NCBI GenBank assembly: GCA_964428445.1
Contig: CAYRYC010000002.1
Span: forward strand, 1-59,192
DNA from: an uncultured Methanosarcinales archaeon
GTDB taxonomy: Archaea > Nanobdellota > Nanobdellia > Woesearchaeales > SKGA01
Direction of reading: 5' to 3'
DNA: 59,192 bases
The position numbers were made by a program, and so were the translations under genes. Below are positions 57,814 to 59,192 of this stretch, piece after piece. The notes under the pieces are model-generated. The model saw nothing but the letters and a program-made list of their open reading frames with translations, was not told where the DNA came from and ran no database searches. Within the stretch, counting starts at the first letter, position 1; every line of letters begins with the position of its first letter.

Positions 57814-57877
57814 AAATGAAGTAATGTTTTCTACACAAGAGAAATTATTAAAAGTGAGTTTCTATTTCTGAGAACCT

Positions 57878-58945
57878 ATGGCATATTATCTTGAAGATCA
57901 AATTAAAAATCTTATAGAGGATGGATTTTTCAGTTCAGAACATAATCTAAAAGAATTCATTACAAAAGACGGTTTAGACCTTCCCTATGGAAATAAAGTA
58001 TACCACATTGCAAATGCAACACTTCCATTTAACAGAACAACAAAAGACATACTCAAAGAACAAAAAATAGAAGAATATTCTACCGCAAGCGAGCCAACAC
58101 TCATAAAAGGACAAACATATCTTATTCCAACAATAAAAATAGTTAAAGAATTACCTGCACATCTTCTTGGAGAAACTAGCGGAGTAAGCTCGATGGGAAG
58201 ATTATTTGACCATGTAAAAGCATTTGTTGATTATGCAGGAAGATATGAAAAAATTCTACCAGGAAGTAAAGGAACTATATGGATAGAAGTAACACCAAAA
58301 ACATTCAATACTAAACTTCCAGAAGTACTTGCATTAAACAATCTTAGAATTAACGATACTACATGCACAAAAGAAGTTGAATCATTAAAAGAAGAAAAAG
58401 TTCTTTACGATAAAGACCAAAACCAATTAACTAATCAAAAATATTTCGATAAAAATCAAGTAATCATGGGAATAAACCTACAAGATAACGATGCTAACGG
58501 AAACATAGGTTTTGAAGCAAGAAATACCGATAAAGTCGTATATCTCAAACCAGAACACAATAATTGGGAATATTTCTTTAAACCAATAAAACCTACTGAA
58601 AAATTCGAATTCGAAAAAGGCAAAGATTATATTTTTGCAACAAGCGAATTTATTAGAATTGCAGAAGGATATCTTGGAGAAATGGCGCATAGCTCAGACG
58701 AGTTTGGAAATTTCAGAGCACACTACGCAGCATTCTTTGGACCATTATTTGGAGATAATAAAGGAAACAGAGCCGTCATGGAAATAACAGCAATGGAAAA
58801 TCACACATTTGTACATGGCCAACCAATCTGCAAAGTAAGATTTCATAAAACAATAGCAAATCTTGCAAATGGCTATGCTGGAAAATATAACCGACAAGAA
58901 ATCGCAACACCAGGTAAATTTTTTGATTACAAAGCCGATAAGTAA
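57878..58945 (+). CDS. dCTP deaminase-like protein (long DCD type)
   Basis: The C-terminal GQPICKVRFHKT...GYAGKYNRQEIATPGKF resembles the dCTP deaminase/dUTPase-fold terminal motif. Confidence 0.45.
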   Translation: MAYYLEDQIKNLIEDGFFSSEHNLKEFITKDGLDLPYGNKVYHIANATLPFNRTTKDILKEQKIEEYSTASEPTLIKGQTYLIPTIKIVKELPAHLLGETSGVSSMGRLFDHVKAFVDYAGRYEKILPGSKGTIWIEVTPKTFNTKLPEVLALNNLRINDTTCTKEVESLKEEKVLYDKDQNQLTNQKYFDKNQVIMGINLQDNDANGNIGFEARNTDKVVYLKPEHNNWEYFFKPIKPTEKFEFEKGKDYIFATSEFIRIAEGYLGEMAHSSDEFGNFRAHYAAFFGPLFGDNKGNRAVMEITAMENHTFVHGQPICKVRFHKTIANLANGYAGKYNRQEIATPGKFFDYKADK

Positions 58946-58992
58946 AAACGCATCATTTAAAAATAAAGCAAGTTCTCTCTAGCGTATATAAC

Positions 58993-59077
58993 GCTGCGGT
59001 CGCATAACCCGGTATTGCGCCGGCCTTGAGAGCCGGTTCCTTTGGAATTCCCGGTTCAAATCCGGGCCGCAGCGCCA
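58993..59077 (+). tRNA. tRNA-Ser (anticodon UGA), CCA encoded
   Basis: Acceptor GCTGCGG/CCGCAGC, anticodon stem CCGGC/GCCGG with loop CTTGAGA, a long variable arm (ttcctttggaatt), T-arm CCCGG-TTCAAAT-CCGGG, discriminator G, then CCA. Confidence 0.85.
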
Positions 59078-59192
59078 CTTTCTCTTCAATTTAATACCTT
59101 AGAATCTAGAACGTATTTGAACCTCCGGTTCATGCTCGCCAACAAAGTTGTCGGCACAACTCTCACTTTGCTCGGTTGAATCCAGACTCCTG

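Noticed and set aside
59086-59192. Possible 3' end of a minus-strand CDS after tRNA-Ser (…GVWIQPSKVRVVPTTLLASMNRRFKYVLDSKVLN*)
   Set aside because: Only 34 codons are visible at the window edge and they cannot be identified or distinguished from non-coding sequence. The composition is GC-richer than spacers, so it may be real, but it is not reported as a feature.

Overview
This is a strongly AT-rich archaeal chromosome segment. Archaea-specific markers include ribosomal proteins L11, L21e, L15e, S6e, S27e and L44e, plus Rpo4/RpoF, TFS, aIF2-alpha, aEF-1-beta, Nop10, a thermosome subunit, membrane-bound LonB, a class I CCA-adding enzyme, a DRG GTPase and two PAC2 paralogs. The compact gene set, many orphan genes, a 2730-aa Cys/Asp-rich surface protein and a truncated helicase fit a small-genome DPANN-like archaeon; that placement is an inference. 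Three tRNAs can be read directly: Val-UAC, Cys-GCA and Ser-UGA.

The accessory part is at the left end, about 1-6650. A roughly 5.9-kb island lies next to tRNA-Val. It is bracketed by 265-287-bp direct repeats that include the last 12 nt of the tRNA, and an integrase N-terminal fragment sits at the window edge.

Inside the island is a complete diversity-generating retroelement (DGR):
- An adenine-rich template repeat (TR) at 2066-2164.
- A variable repeat (VR) at 2615-2716 inside a 269-aa target gene. 20 of 21 TR/VR substitutions fall on TR adenines.
- A divergently oriented DGR-type reverse transcriptase (LGNLTSQ and YVDD motifs) with an unusual C-terminal extension of about 210 aa.

The island also carries an AAA_14-type ATPase and an MNT-HEPN pair.

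Outside the island, the main unexplained signals are:
- Two copies of a roughly 110-nt three-helix structured element with compensatory changes (37811-37920 and 41464-41570).
- Several intergenic arrays of hairpin plus BRE/TATA-like boxes.
- An amino-acid-permease/methyltransferase fusion.
- A truncated Hel308-like helicase.

All functional calls rest on motifs recognised by eye. No database searches were run.
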